Shown: piece by piece, positions 18,020 to 27,298 of the stretch | How positions within the stretch are numbered: the first letter of the stretch is position 1 | Layout: the number at the start of each line of letters is the position of its first letter | From: a virus | Taxonomy: Duplodnaviria > Heunggongvirae > Uroviricota > Caudoviricetes | DNA length: 46,676 nt | IMG/VR virus record: IMGVR_UViG_3300024348_000013 | Span: 1-46,676 of that record | Reading direction: 5' to 3' (one strand) | Notes under the pieces: model-generated | The model's input: the letters and a program-made list of their open reading frames with translations, nothing else | Told to the model about the DNA's origin: nothing | Database searches by the model: none | Position numbers and translations under genes: made by a program

Positions 18020-18562
18020 TTAATTTTTATAATATAATTCGGGCCATTCAACGATAATATGAACACCACCTTCATTATAAGCGTTAGTGTATATACTATA
18101 AATATCTTCTGAATTTTTTAATTCCCAAATTTTAGTGAATTGTAATATTGATTTAAATTCATTTGTATAATCATTTCTATGTTGAATACCTGGGTCTAAT
18201 GGGTCTTTACTACCAACCCCAACTCTAATGATAACATTAACCTTTTTACCGGTCATATTTTCAAATTTATCAGCGTGGTTGATTAGTTGATTTGCAGCTG
18301 ATACTAAAAAATCCCAACGAGGATAGAATGTAATAACTGATTTGCCAGTCATTGCCATACCTAAACTCATTCCCATTTGCGTTTCTTCCATAACAGGAAC
18401 TTCAATCATTTTTTCCTTTGGTACTTCCGTTAGGGTTGTACTCATTGGATTTCCTGCATAAACTATTTGTTGTCCTATAAAGATTGTATCTTCTTTTTCA
18501 GCAAGGAATGTCATTGCTTTAGTAAGTTCATCTTTATATGGAGAAAGTTGTGGAGTACTCAT
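18020..18562 (-). CDS. TPP-dependent enzyme beta subunit (E1-beta/transketolase pyrimidine-binding domain only)
   Basis: IEVPVMEETQMGMSLGMAMTG, QLINHADK and IIRVGVG..DPGIQH. At 180 aa it lacks the C-terminal domain of true E1-beta. Confidence 0.85.
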   Translation of the reverse strand: MSTPQLSPYKDELTKAMTFLAEKEDTIFIGQQIVYAGNPMSTTLTEVPKEKMIEVPVMEETQMGMSLGMAMTGKSVITFYPRWDFLVSAANQLINHADKFENMTGKKVNVIIRVGVGSKDPLDPGIQHRNDYTNEFKSILQFTKIWELKNSEDIYSIYTNAYNEGGVHIIVEWPELYYKN

Positions 18563-19554
18563 TATGGTCTTGAATTTGGATTATATAAATGTTTATTTGC
18601 TTTATACCACTCAATTGTTTCTTTTAGAGCTTCTTTTAAGTTTCTCTTTGGCTTCCATCCTAAATCATTAATCTTTTTTGAAGATAACAATCTAATAGGA
18701 ATCATTGGTGCTTTGTTATTCACATATTCAATTGGATTTGTATTACTATCCAATTCTTTAATAGTTGCAAGTGTTTCATTTACTGTAAACCCTTCTCCAT
18801 AACATACATTGAAAATATTGTATGTATCGTTATTCTCTGCTACAAAGATAAAACCATCTGCCATATCTTCAACATGCAATAAATCTCTTACTTCCGTACC
18901 ATCACCCCAAACTGGGATTGGATTTAAACCATCTGCTACTTTACGAATGTTTGCAGGAGTAACGTGACATTTTTCAAAATCAAATTTGTCATTAGGGCCG
19001 AATGCGTTTGAAGGTCTAACTATCAAACACTGCATTGGTTCGTGAATTTGATTAGAAAAGAAATCACATAACATCTCACCGTATCTTTTCATACCACCAA
19101 CTGCTTTATAAACTGGCAACATAGGTGTAGCGTGTACGTTCATATCTTCGGTACAAAATTCAGTTCCCATATCAGGATAAGTTGTATTAGATGATATGAA
19201 TAAAAACTTTCTAACTTTGTTTTTCCAACTTTGTTCCATTAAGTTTACATTCATCTCCACATTTGGAGTAACGTGTAATAATGGATTAAATTTAGTATCT
19301 AATGCATTTGATGTGTTTGCTGCACAATGAAATACAACATCTACATCTTTACTGATTAGTTCACAAAACTCTGCATTTTGTAAATCTCCTTTAATGTGTT
19401 CTACTTCCGATGTTCCTTCGAAATCGTTTCTCAAATCTCTACTGAATGATGTTGAACGGAGGTTTCGGTAACCTTTTTCGTGTAACAACCTTAATAAGTG
19501 TGAACCTATAAATCCACTTGCTCCTGTAACTAAAACCTTGTCTGTTTTTTTCAT
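18562..19554 (-). CDS. NAD-dependent sugar epimerase/reductase (extended SDR, GDP-L-fucose synthase-like)
   Basis: VLVTGASGFIG, FHCAA, ISS, YKAVGGMK, RPSNAFGP and VWGDGTEVRDLLHVEDMA. Confidence 0.9.
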   Translation of the reverse strand: MKKTDKVLVTGASGFIGSHLLRLLHEKGYRNLRSTSFSRDLRNDFEGTSEVEHIKGDLQNAEFCELISKDVDVVFHCAANTSNALDTKFNPLLHVTPNVEMNVNLMEQSWKNKVRKFLFISSNTTYPDMGTEFCTEDMNVHATPMLPVYKAVGGMKRYGEMLCDFFSNQIHEPMQCLIVRPSNAFGPNDKFDFEKCHVTPANIRKVADGLNPIPVWGDGTEVRDLLHVEDMADGFIFVAENNDTYNIFNVCYGEGFTVNETLATIKELDSNTNPIEYVNNKAPMIPIRLLSSKKINDLGWKPKRNLKEALKETIEWYKANKHLYNPNSRP

Positions 19555-19560
19555 AATAAT

Positions 19561-20598
19561 TTATTTAAATATTTCCCAATTAAGAACTACATCATTTACG
19601 AATTTTTTAGTTAATATGGCCGATGTGTGTCCATACCAACTTTTTTCTAAATATTTTTTTTGTTCATCTACATTCATAAAATTCATTTCTCTCCATAATA
19701 CATTTGGTAATTCACCATCTATATTAGAGTCAAAATTTCTAATACTCCATTCTATAATTCCACCATACAAATGTACGAAATTTTCTTCATAAAACCAAAA
19801 GTATTTTTTAAAATCTATTTTATCTGCATATGTTTTTACATATGAATTATTAAAATGTAAATCTTTTTGTTCCCATGTATCACAAATATCTTTATTCTCT
19901 ATAATACATTCATATACTGATTTTGATTTTGGTGTATGATAAAATGGTGGCGTTTTTCCTTCTTCTAAATATTTTTTACTAAAATTATTACTCATAGTAA
20001 AAAATTTAATATTATCAATACCATTTGATTTACAAAAATCTAATAACATACAAATATATTCAAACCACTCAAAATATCTTTCATCATATGATAGAAGATT
20101 TTGATGATAATTCCAAATAAATGTATCCAAATTTATAGGATTTTCTGTCATATTATATCCACCTGTCAAATGAAAATACCCTTGTTGATATGGTGATACT
20201 TTATCTTTACCATTTATTAAATAATCAACAGTATGCGGCCAGCTTTCAGTATTTTTTTGAAATCTTAAAGCTGGATTGGCTTTTTGATATTTTTCCGGAG
20301 TTATAAAAAAAGAATTTCTAGTTAAAGAAGTAAATTGTGCAATAACATTTATATCATTTGGATTAACGCCTTCTTTTAATAAATCTGAAATTTTGTATAT
20401 AATAGAACGAATTATTGTTTTATTATCATTTGTAATAGTTCCATAATTATGAAGTATATGCGTTTCCTTTAAAGATTGTTGTAGCCAATGTGCCCAAGTC
20501 CAATCTTCAATTCTATCATTTAACCAATATCGTTCATCTTGTAAATTACAACGATAATTATTTGTAAATGAACAACCGGATACTACAATGTGCTTCAT
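19561..20598 (-). CDS. SGNH-hydrolase-like hypothetical protein
   Basis: Block I-like VVSGCSFT and late GH motif; shares GGIIEW with 33588..34427. Confidence 0.5.
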   Translation of the reverse strand: MKHIVVSGCSFTNNYRCNLQDERYWLNDRIEDWTWAHWLQQSLKETHILHNYGTITNDNKTIIRSIIYKISDLLKEGVNPNDINVIAQFTSLTRNSFFITPEKYQKANPALRFQKNTESWPHTVDYLINGKDKVSPYQQGYFHLTGGYNMTENPINLDTFIWNYHQNLLSYDERYFEWFEYICMLLDFCKSNGIDNIKFFTMSNNFSKKYLEEGKTPPFYHTPKSKSVYECIIENKDICDTWEQKDLHFNNSYVKTYADKIDFKKYFWFYEENFVHLYGGIIEWSIRNFDSNIDGELPNVLWREMNFMNVDEQKKYLEKSWYGHTSAILTKKFVNDVVLNWEIFK

Positions 20599-21596
20599 TA
20601 TAATCTGCTTTTATATTCTAAAATTGATTTAGTCAATCCTTCTTTTAAAGTTGTTTGTGGTAAGATACCATATTTCTTTTGTCTATCTGCGCCTAAACAT
20701 CTAATTGGGTCACCATTTGTTTTTGTAGAATCCCATGTAATAACTTTTGTTTTACCTGTGATTTCTTTATAACATTCAACAATGGTTTCAATTGTTTCTT
20801 TAATAGTTACTGCTTCTGCACAACCAAAGTTAATAATATCACTAACTTCTTTTTTAACTACATCGATTGCAGCCTGTGCAACATCATCACCAAATACAAA
20901 GTCTCTTTTAGATGAACCATCTCCCCAACAAACCATTTCCTCACCTTCTACATTAAATAATTTCCAAATATTAGAACTAATAACAGTTGCATCTTGTGCA
21001 AAGTTATCATTCGTACCATATATGTTTGAAGGTCTAATAACCGTATAGTTTTTCCAACCATATTGAACTCTTAACGAATCCAATGTTAATTCACCCATTC
21101 TTTTTGTCCAACCTGGATGCCAATCTAAACGAGATGGTGTAGACGCCCAAGTTTCTTCTTGATTCCAAGTATCACCCTCATTCATTACATCTGCCGGCTT
21201 ATAAACACCAACCGATGAAAGGTATACAAACCAATCTACTTTTGCATCAAATGATGCTTTAATCATATTGGTATTAAACATCAGCATTGGGAATAGGTAA
21301 TCAGCAGGTTGTGTCGATGACCTTGCTGGCGAGCCTTTAACACCTGCGATATGTAGAACTATATCTATTTTTTCATCTGCAAATAAACTTTCACAATGAG
21401 AAAGATATGTTAGGTCTGTTTTTACCAATTCCAATCTATCTTGATATTGTCCTTTTAGAAAGTTTAAGTTTTCACTAAATCTAAGGTCTACTGCGTATAC
21501 TTTTGCAGCACCTTCTTCTAAACATTTTTTAACTGCTGGTAATCCTACCAAACCATTTGCTCCGGTTATAATAACCTTTTTTCCTTTAAATTCCAT
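20598..21596 (-). CDS. NAD-dependent sugar epimerase/reductase (extended SDR, GDP-fucose synthase/GME-like)
   Basis: IITGANGLVG, LHIAG, YLSSVGVY, PGWTKRMGE, RPSNIYG and WGDGSSKRDFVFGDDVA. Confidence 0.9.
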   Translation of the reverse strand: MEFKGKKVIITGANGLVGLPAVKKCLEEGAAKVYAVDLRFSENLNFLKGQYQDRLELVKTDLTYLSHCESLFADEKIDIVLHIAGVKGSPARSSTQPADYLFPMLMFNTNMIKASFDAKVDWFVYLSSVGVYKPADVMNEGDTWNQEETWASTPSRLDWHPGWTKRMGELTLDSLRVQYGWKNYTVIRPSNIYGTNDNFAQDATVISSNIWKLFNVEGEEMVCWGDGSSKRDFVFGDDVAQAAIDVVKKEVSDIINFGCAEAVTIKETIETIVECYKEITGKTKVITWDSTKTNGDPIRCLGADRQKKYGILPQTTLKEGLTKSILEYKSRL

Positions 21597-21597
21597 T

Positions 21598-23010
21598 TTA
21601 TATTAGTTGTTTGTTTTCGTAATCAAATTTTATTTGTCCAAATATTTCATCAAAACATTCATATTTTTCAAACGTATATAAATGCTTTTGATTGTATAAT
21701 AAAATATCAACAATTGAATAATACCAATTATGCATTTCTTCTATTGTCATATTTTTTAATTTAAGTAATTCTTTTTCTAAAAGTAATATTCTTTTTTTAG
21801 GGTCTCTCTCTAAGTCATAACTTTCATCTATAAATGGTTCAAACGTTTTAAATCCTAATTTTCTTAATTCTGCCAATGTTAAATAATCTCCAAATACTAT
21901 AAATGGTTGTAAATTTGAAACTGGTTTAAATATTTTTTCTGAAAGAAATACATTTGGTCCAAAGAATGTTTCCGTTACTAAATGAAAATATGAATCCGAA
22001 TACCAACTTTTTTTATTATTTTTAGAACCGAAATTTGATTTTTGCTCAATTGTTAATGTATTGGTATCTTCTTCGTATGGTAATAATTCTTCTAATTCAG
22101 ATGTATATTTATTGATATTTTCATTGGTATCATTGTATATTTGTTGTATTGCACTTTTTAATCTATCTTTTGATGTTTTTTGAACAAATGTAAACATTCC
22201 TTCTTTTAACAAATTATATTTTAATGCAAAATATCCCATAATAGCTCTTTGTGATTTTTCCATAGTTCTATTTGGACAAATGAATTTATTTTTTCTTAAT
22301 ATATTTGGATTTAAATCTTCTTCCTTAAATAATTCACACATATATCCTAAATTACCTACACATGGAAATTCTTTTATTTGGTCTACATATCCTCTAATAA
22401 ATAAATGTCCATTATATATTTTAACTTTACTTTTAGGATGTTTTTCATAATATTCTACAAATTTACTCCCACCTAAAAATATAATATTTGAACCATTTAT
22501 TCCTAATTCATTTAATTGTATTTCAAATTTTCTAATATTATTTTCATCATATAATGGGTCATGTGTTATATTAATTAATATTTTAACTTTGCCTGATTTT
22601 AAATGATTTATTATATCAACAGGAATTATATCTTTAAAATAATATTCATATGATGTATCTCCTATTTTAAATTTATTTAAATCATTTAACCCACCCAAAG
22701 TTGCTTTAATTTCAATTGGGTAAATATAAGTAAATTCATCATCTAATATTTGATTTGATGAAATTATATTTGTTCTAAAATTTCTGCCAAAATAGTTTAT
22801 TAATTCTGAATGTCCAAACTTTATAACTTTTTCTTCCGCATTATTTTGCAATGCTTCAAACCAATCAATTTTTAAATTTCGTTTTAGTGTATCTTGTATA
22901 AACTCACATATAGCAGGATGTGTTCCATTTCCATGCGGCTTACGTTCACCGCCCTCAATGTACCAATCCGTATATATTAATTTAAAATACGACCCATTTA
23001 CCGCTTCCAT
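21598..23010 (-). CDS. Putative glycosyltransferase (GT-B; C-terminus resembles GT10/fucosyltransferase)
   Basis: SYFHLVTET...FLSEKIFKPV...PFIVFG resembles the GT10 donor-binding motif ENS...YITEK...PIVxG. Confidence 0.5.
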   Translation of the reverse strand: MEAVNGSYFKLIYTDWYIEGGERKPHGNGTHPAICEFIQDTLKRNLKIDWFEALQNNAEEKVIKFGHSELINYFGRNFRTNIISSNQILDDEFTYIYPIEIKATLGGLNDLNKFKIGDTSYEYYFKDIIPVDIINHLKSGKVKILINITHDPLYDENNIRKFEIQLNELGINGSNIIFLGGSKFVEYYEKHPKSKVKIYNGHLFIRGYVDQIKEFPCVGNLGYMCELFKEEDLNPNILRKNKFICPNRTMEKSQRAIMGYFALKYNLLKEGMFTFVQKTSKDRLKSAIQQIYNDTNENINKYTSELEELLPYEEDTNTLTIEQKSNFGSKNNKKSWYSDSYFHLVTETFFGPNVFLSEKIFKPVSNLQPFIVFGDYLTLAELRKLGFKTFEPFIDESYDLERDPKKRILLLEKELLKLKNMTIEEMHNWYYSIVDILLYNQKHLYTFEKYECFDEIFGQIKFDYENKQLI

Positions 23011-23611
23011 AATGAGGATATTTTGATTTATAAGTGTAATGAATTACATCCGATGGAACTTCTCTTTTTGTATTCCAAGTAGCTTCCGTTGGTGTGTAGG
23101 TTGATACCGCATTATCTTCAACTACAAATACAATTGGTAAGTCAAAGTTTCTTGCATACTTGTGAACTTCGTAAAATATACCACTTTCAAATGACATATC
23201 ACCTACGAACACAAATACTTTTTCATCACCACCTTTTTGTTTGATTCCCATTGCAACACCCAATGCTACCGAAAGAGTACCACCTACAATTGCAGATGAA
23301 TAAAACTTTTCATCAATATTACAAAGAGTAATTGATTTTCCTTTAAGAATTTCTTCTTCAATCCAATCAATAGGAACTTCTTTTAATAATGCGTGATAGT
23401 GAGAACGCCATGTACTAAACACCCAATCCGAAGTTTTAATTCGTTTGAATATTTCAATTAGTTGTTCTTCGTTTCCGTTTGATAAATGAATTGGGCCTCG
23501 TATCTTTCCATCTTCCCAATGTTTTACTATTAAATTTTCAAAATCAATTAATGATTCTGCTGTGTGTTGAATATCTCTTAATATTGGATATTGTTCTAAA
23601 TTTTGTATCAT
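22982..23611 (-). CDS. TPP-dependent enzyme alpha subunit (E1-alpha-like; ATG at 23611 preferred)
   Basis: GPIHLSNGNEE, STWRSHYHAL and TPP-binding GDMSFESG...EDN; ATGA overlap with the upstream stop. Confidence 0.88.
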   Translation of the reverse strand: MIQNLEQYPILRDIQHTAESLIDFENLIVKHWEDGKIRGPIHLSNGNEEQLIEIFKRIKTSDWVFSTWRSHYHALLKEVPIDWIEEEILKGKSITLCNIDEKFYSSAIVGGTLSVALGVAMGIKQKGGDEKVFVFVGDMSFESGIFYEVHKYARNFDLPIVFVVEDNAVSTYTPTEATWNTKREVPSDVIHYTYKSKYPHYGSGKWVVF

Positions 23612-24144
23612 CTGTCTCTTTTTTGTAATATAGGGTTTGTTGTTGGCCATTCCATTTGATATTCCGGGTCATTCCATTTAACTACTCCTTGCTCATCCGC
23701 ATCCACATAACCATCTTTGTAAAATAAGTTATAATGAAACATACAATCAGTTAATGCGTAATGTCCATTTGCAAAACCTGGTGGAACTAATACTTGATTT
23801 CTATCCTTTTCCGTTATCATAAATGATTCCCATTCTCCAAAGGTAGGACTATTTTTTCGCATATCCAAGACAATTAGGTAAATATCACCAACTGCCGCTT
23901 GAACTAATTTCCAAGTCTTATTATCATAATGCAATCCTCTTAATACACCTTTATATGATTTTGAGAATCTACCATGTATTTCATTTCCCTCACCAATTTT
24001 TGTCATAACAGGATGTTCACCTGAATGAAAGGTTGTAAATATTTCACCTCTATATTCCCTATAAATTGATGGAGTATATGTTGGTACTTCATAACCGAAT
24101 TTTTTCGATGGAGTAATTTGAAACTCATCCCATTTATTACTCAT
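23608..24144 (-). CDS. rmlC: NDP-4-keto-6-deoxyhexose 3,5-epimerase (RmlC-like cupin)
   Basis: YRGEIF, S...GVLRGLHY, IYLIVLDMRKNSPTFGEW, QVLVPPGFANGH and GVVKWNDP. Confidence 0.9.
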   Translation of the reverse strand: MSNKWDEFQITPSKKFGYEVPTYTPSIYREYRGEIFTTFHSGEHPVMTKIGEGNEIHGRFSKSYKGVLRGLHYDNKTWKLVQAAVGDIYLIVLDMRKNSPTFGEWESFMITEKDRNQVLVPPGFANGHYALTDCMFHYNLFYKDGYVDADEQGVVKWNDPEYQMEWPTTNPILQKRDR

Positions 24145-24145
24145 A

Positions 24146-25111
24146 CTATGTTTGATTTGCGTATCCTAAAGGAAAACCATTTCTAAATTCTGCTCCCATT
24201 TTTGGAACTATCATTTGATATCCTTGAATTAATTGTTTAATACCTTTATCCAAATCCCACTCTGGCATCCAACCAGTCGCTTCTATTTTAGCGTTTGATA
24301 CGATATAATCTCTTTTATCAGGGTCCTCATAAAAGTCGTTGTATGATACCGCAAAATCCTTTACATGAGATTGTATCTTTTCTAACAATCCTTGCTTTGA
24401 AAGATTTGCAGAGCTTAATCCTACATTGAAAATTTCACCTTTATATGTTTCATAATTTTCTAACATAAAAAGAAATGCTGATGCAACATCTTCAACGTGA
24501 ATAAAATTTCTTTTAAAATTCTTTTCAAATACTACTATGTATTTATCCGTAATTGCTTTATAAGTAAAATCATTTACCAATAAATCCGTTCTCATTCTCG
24601 GTGAAACTCCAAATACAGTTGCTAATCTAAATGTAATTGCTGATGTATTTGCTCTAAGAAAGTTTTCAGAATCACATTTAGTTTGCCCATAAACTGATAT
24701 TGGTGCAATTGGTGATTCTTCAGTACATTCTCTTTGGCCTGTGCCTAATCCATATCCACTATTTGTATTTGGATATAAAATCTTTTTATCTTTTGCAAAT
24801 TTTACAATATTGAATATTTGGTCAAAATTAATTTCTCTTGCTAACTTTGGGTCGGATGCGCAAGCAGGAAATCCTACGATTGCAGCTAATGGAATAATAA
24901 CATCTGCTTCTTTACATAATGTTTGTAGTAATTCAACATTACGAACATCTCCGTAAATAAATTTAAATTTAGGATTTGATGTATATGATAATAGCGATGT
25001 TTGATTAAATAATAATTTATCTAATACAACAACTTCATGTCCAGCATTTAACATTTTACCAACAATGACTGAACCCAAATAACCTGCACCACCTGTGATG
25101 AATATTTTCAT
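24146..25111 (-). CDS. NAD-dependent sugar epimerase/dehydratase (extended SDR)
   Basis: IFITGGAGYLG, LAAIVG, YGQTK (YxxxK), FRLATVFG and RNFIHVEDVA. Confidence 0.92.
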   Translation of the reverse strand: MKIFITGGAGYLGSVIVGKMLNAGHEVVVLDKLLFNQTSLLSYTSNPKFKFIYGDVRNVELLQTLCKEADVIIPLAAIVGFPACASDPKLAREINFDQIFNIVKFAKDKKILYPNTNSGYGLGTGQRECTEESPIAPISVYGQTKCDSENFLRANTSAITFRLATVFGVSPRMRTDLLVNDFTYKAITDKYIVVFEKNFKRNFIHVEDVASAFLFMLENYETYKGEIFNVGLSSANLSKQGLLEKIQSHVKDFAVSYNDFYEDPDKRDYIVSNAKIEATGWMPEWDLDKGIKQLIQGYQMIVPKMGAEFRNGFPLGYANQT

Positions 25112-25118
25112 AACTTCT

Positions 25119-25868
25119 TTAAAAATAAATATTATGTTCTATATAAAATTGAGGATAATTTCCACTAAAAGATATATCCCATACTTTGTATCTATTAAAA
25201 TGGTCAAAATCACACATAAAAGCAAAGTTTTTTCTTAATGGATAATCATAATTTAATTTTCTTAAATCATTGAATACAATATGGCTGTATTTATCTTTGT
25301 AATTATCTACAATATCTTGTACTTCTAATAATTCTAATCTTTTATTTAAAACAAAGCATAATTTATATTCAAACTTACCATATCCTCTATGTTCTTCTGG
25401 TCCAATCATGCTACCACATCCAAACCAATAAAAAGCGGCTTCATATGATTGCCTTTCATCGTTTTCAAAATAAATTGTTCCTACTAATTTGTTATTAAAA
25501 TAGCAATCTATTTTTCTCTCAATAAAATTATCACAAATCATATTATATTCATTGAATTCATTCAATTCAATATCTTTTAATCCATAAAATATTTGCTTAA
25601 CTCTTTGCTCACCATTTTCATCTTTAAACCAATATGTAAATACAACATTTACATTACCAAAATCATCTTTAAAAGCGGAAATGCCAGAATGCATTCCGTT
25701 TCTAGCAAACATATATGCTTGCCTATTTTCTAATGTTTCAGGAAATAATTTTGCAGTTAAATGTATTGTAAAATCTTCTTCCATCCATTTATCAATTCTA
25801 TCTGATACTGCATATCTGCTTTCTGGTAAAATGAAAAATATATTTTCTTTATTTACTACTAAACTCAT
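25119..25868 (-). CDS. Stand-alone LamG/ConA-like lectin-fold protein
   Basis: FTIHL...GMHSGIS...YFNNKLVG...FGCG...CDFD....VWDIS mirrors the inserts in the neighbouring GT7 genes. Confidence 0.5.
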   Translation of the reverse strand: MSLVVNKENIFFILPESRYAVSDRIDKWMEEDFTIHLTAKLFPETLENRQAYMFARNGMHSGISAFKDDFGNVNVVFTYWFKDENGEQRVKQIFYGLKDIELNEFNEYNMICDNFIERKIDCYFNNKLVGTIYFENDERQSYEAAFYWFGCGSMIGPEEHRGYGKFEYKLCFVLNKRLELLEVQDIVDNYKDKYSHIVFNDLRKLNYDYPLRKNFAFMCDFDHFNRYKVWDISFSGNYPQFYIEHNIYF

Positions 25869-25872
25869 AAAC

Positions 25873-27288
25873 TTAAACTTTTATTGTTTTACAAAAATTA
25901 TAAAATTCCTCTAATTCTGGAAATGTTTTTACAAAATCAGTTCCTCTACGAATATCGTGATTAGAAAAATATTGGTAAAAACTATATCTATTTTTCATTT
26001 GTTGAGATGCATCTTGTGGTGCATTCATCCAATCATATATTCGTTTTACCTTTTGAACCTCAACATCACTATATCCAATGTGTTCAGGACTAAATGATGG
26101 TGCCGCATAATATGTAATCAACTTAGATTGGTCTAAAATATATTTAGCAAAATCATATGGAAGAACTTGTACAGTTTGGTGTAATGGATATCTTAAATAA
26201 GATGAATCCAAAAACACTGCTGAGTTCCAATATCTATCGGTTGAAGCGTAAGCATCTTTTAATCCATATACATTATGAATTAATGTTTCATAATTAAATA
26301 CACTCAATGCGTTATATGTAGACATAAACGTAATGATTACTCTCGGGCATTGAGTAAGAATCATATTTACATGGTCCCAAAATCTATTAAATTCCAAACC
26401 TGTTCTAATATATTCAGCTTGTTCACCCCAAGTATCTACTGATGTGAAAATTACAATTTCTTTTACTCTACCCTCATCTTCAATTCTTTTGATTTTTTCA
26501 ATTAATTTTTCAACCAATGAAGTTGGTACGCCTAAATTAGAATTAATTGCTAATTTTAATTCGGTGTTAGGGTTTTCTTGTTCTAAGATATAATCCAATA
26601 CTTTCCAAGTATCTTTTGCCATCAAAGGTTCGCCTCCAGTAATTCTGAAAGTATGTAAGTCTCTATATAAATCTGGCCACCATTTCCAAAATGCTTCTAC
26701 ATATGGATTATGTTCTCTAGCTGGAATTGGAAATTTATCTTCTAATTTTAACCAATCAGGTGAATTAAAATTATCTAATGTAGGATAAGCTCCATATTGT
26801 TCAATTTCTTCTACCCACTTAGAACTAAATGCCGGTCCACAATATGAACATTTAAAGTTACAAGCATTACTAAATGCAACCTCAACATATTTTGGATTAT
26901 AATCATCTCTCCAATCAGATTCTTTGATTTCTTTTAAAAATGGATAAGACCAGCTTTCTCCTGATTTAAAAATTCTATCACTAAATCTATCAGAGTTATC
27001 CTCTACTCCCCAACAATAATCACATTCCGAAGGTCTACTACCTTGCAACATTTCTTTTCTACGAAGTTTTTTATACCTCGTATTATGAAGAGCTGATGGA
27101 TTTCGTGCAATTTCTTGTTCAGAAATTTTATGAGTACGAGGGTGGTGACAAGAGTGGTTGTGCCCATTTTGTAACTGCAATGTTACTTGAGTCCATTTTG
27201 CCGCACACATTCCTGGTCCAACTTCGTTCAATTCTTCTTTTACTCTCAAATATATCGGATTCTCCGAATACGTTTTTTCGTCTGCCAT
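25873..27288 (-). CDS. Radical SAM enzyme with extra Cys clusters (twitch/SPASM-like)
   Basis: CNFKCSYC (CxxxCxxC) and ITGGEP; N-terminal CAAKW...HSCHH and CDYCWGVE. Confidence 0.93.
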   Translation of the reverse strand: MADEKTYSENPIYLRVKEELNEVGPGMCAAKWTQVTLQLQNGHNHSCHHPRTHKISEQEIARNPSALHNTRYKKLRRKEMLQGSRPSECDYCWGVEDNSDRFSDRIFKSGESWSYPFLKEIKESDWRDDYNPKYVEVAFSNACNFKCSYCGPAFSSKWVEEIEQYGAYPTLDNFNSPDWLKLEDKFPIPAREHNPYVEAFWKWWPDLYRDLHTFRITGGEPLMAKDTWKVLDYILEQENPNTELKLAINSNLGVPTSLVEKLIEKIKRIEDEGRVKEIVIFTSVDTWGEQAEYIRTGLEFNRFWDHVNMILTQCPRVIITFMSTYNALSVFNYETLIHNVYGLKDAYASTDRYWNSAVFLDSSYLRYPLHQTVQVLPYDFAKYILDQSKLITYYAAPSFSPEHIGYSDVEVQKVKRIYDWMNAPQDASQQMKNRYSFYQYFSNHDIRRGTDFVKTFPELEEFYNFCKTIKV

Positions 27289-27298
27289 ATTTTATTTA

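Noticed and set aside
18020-23611. Pyruvate dehydrogenase as an auxiliary metabolic gene
   Set aside because: Both subunits are truncated, E2/E3 are absent from the window, and the context is sugar-nucleotide biosynthesis.
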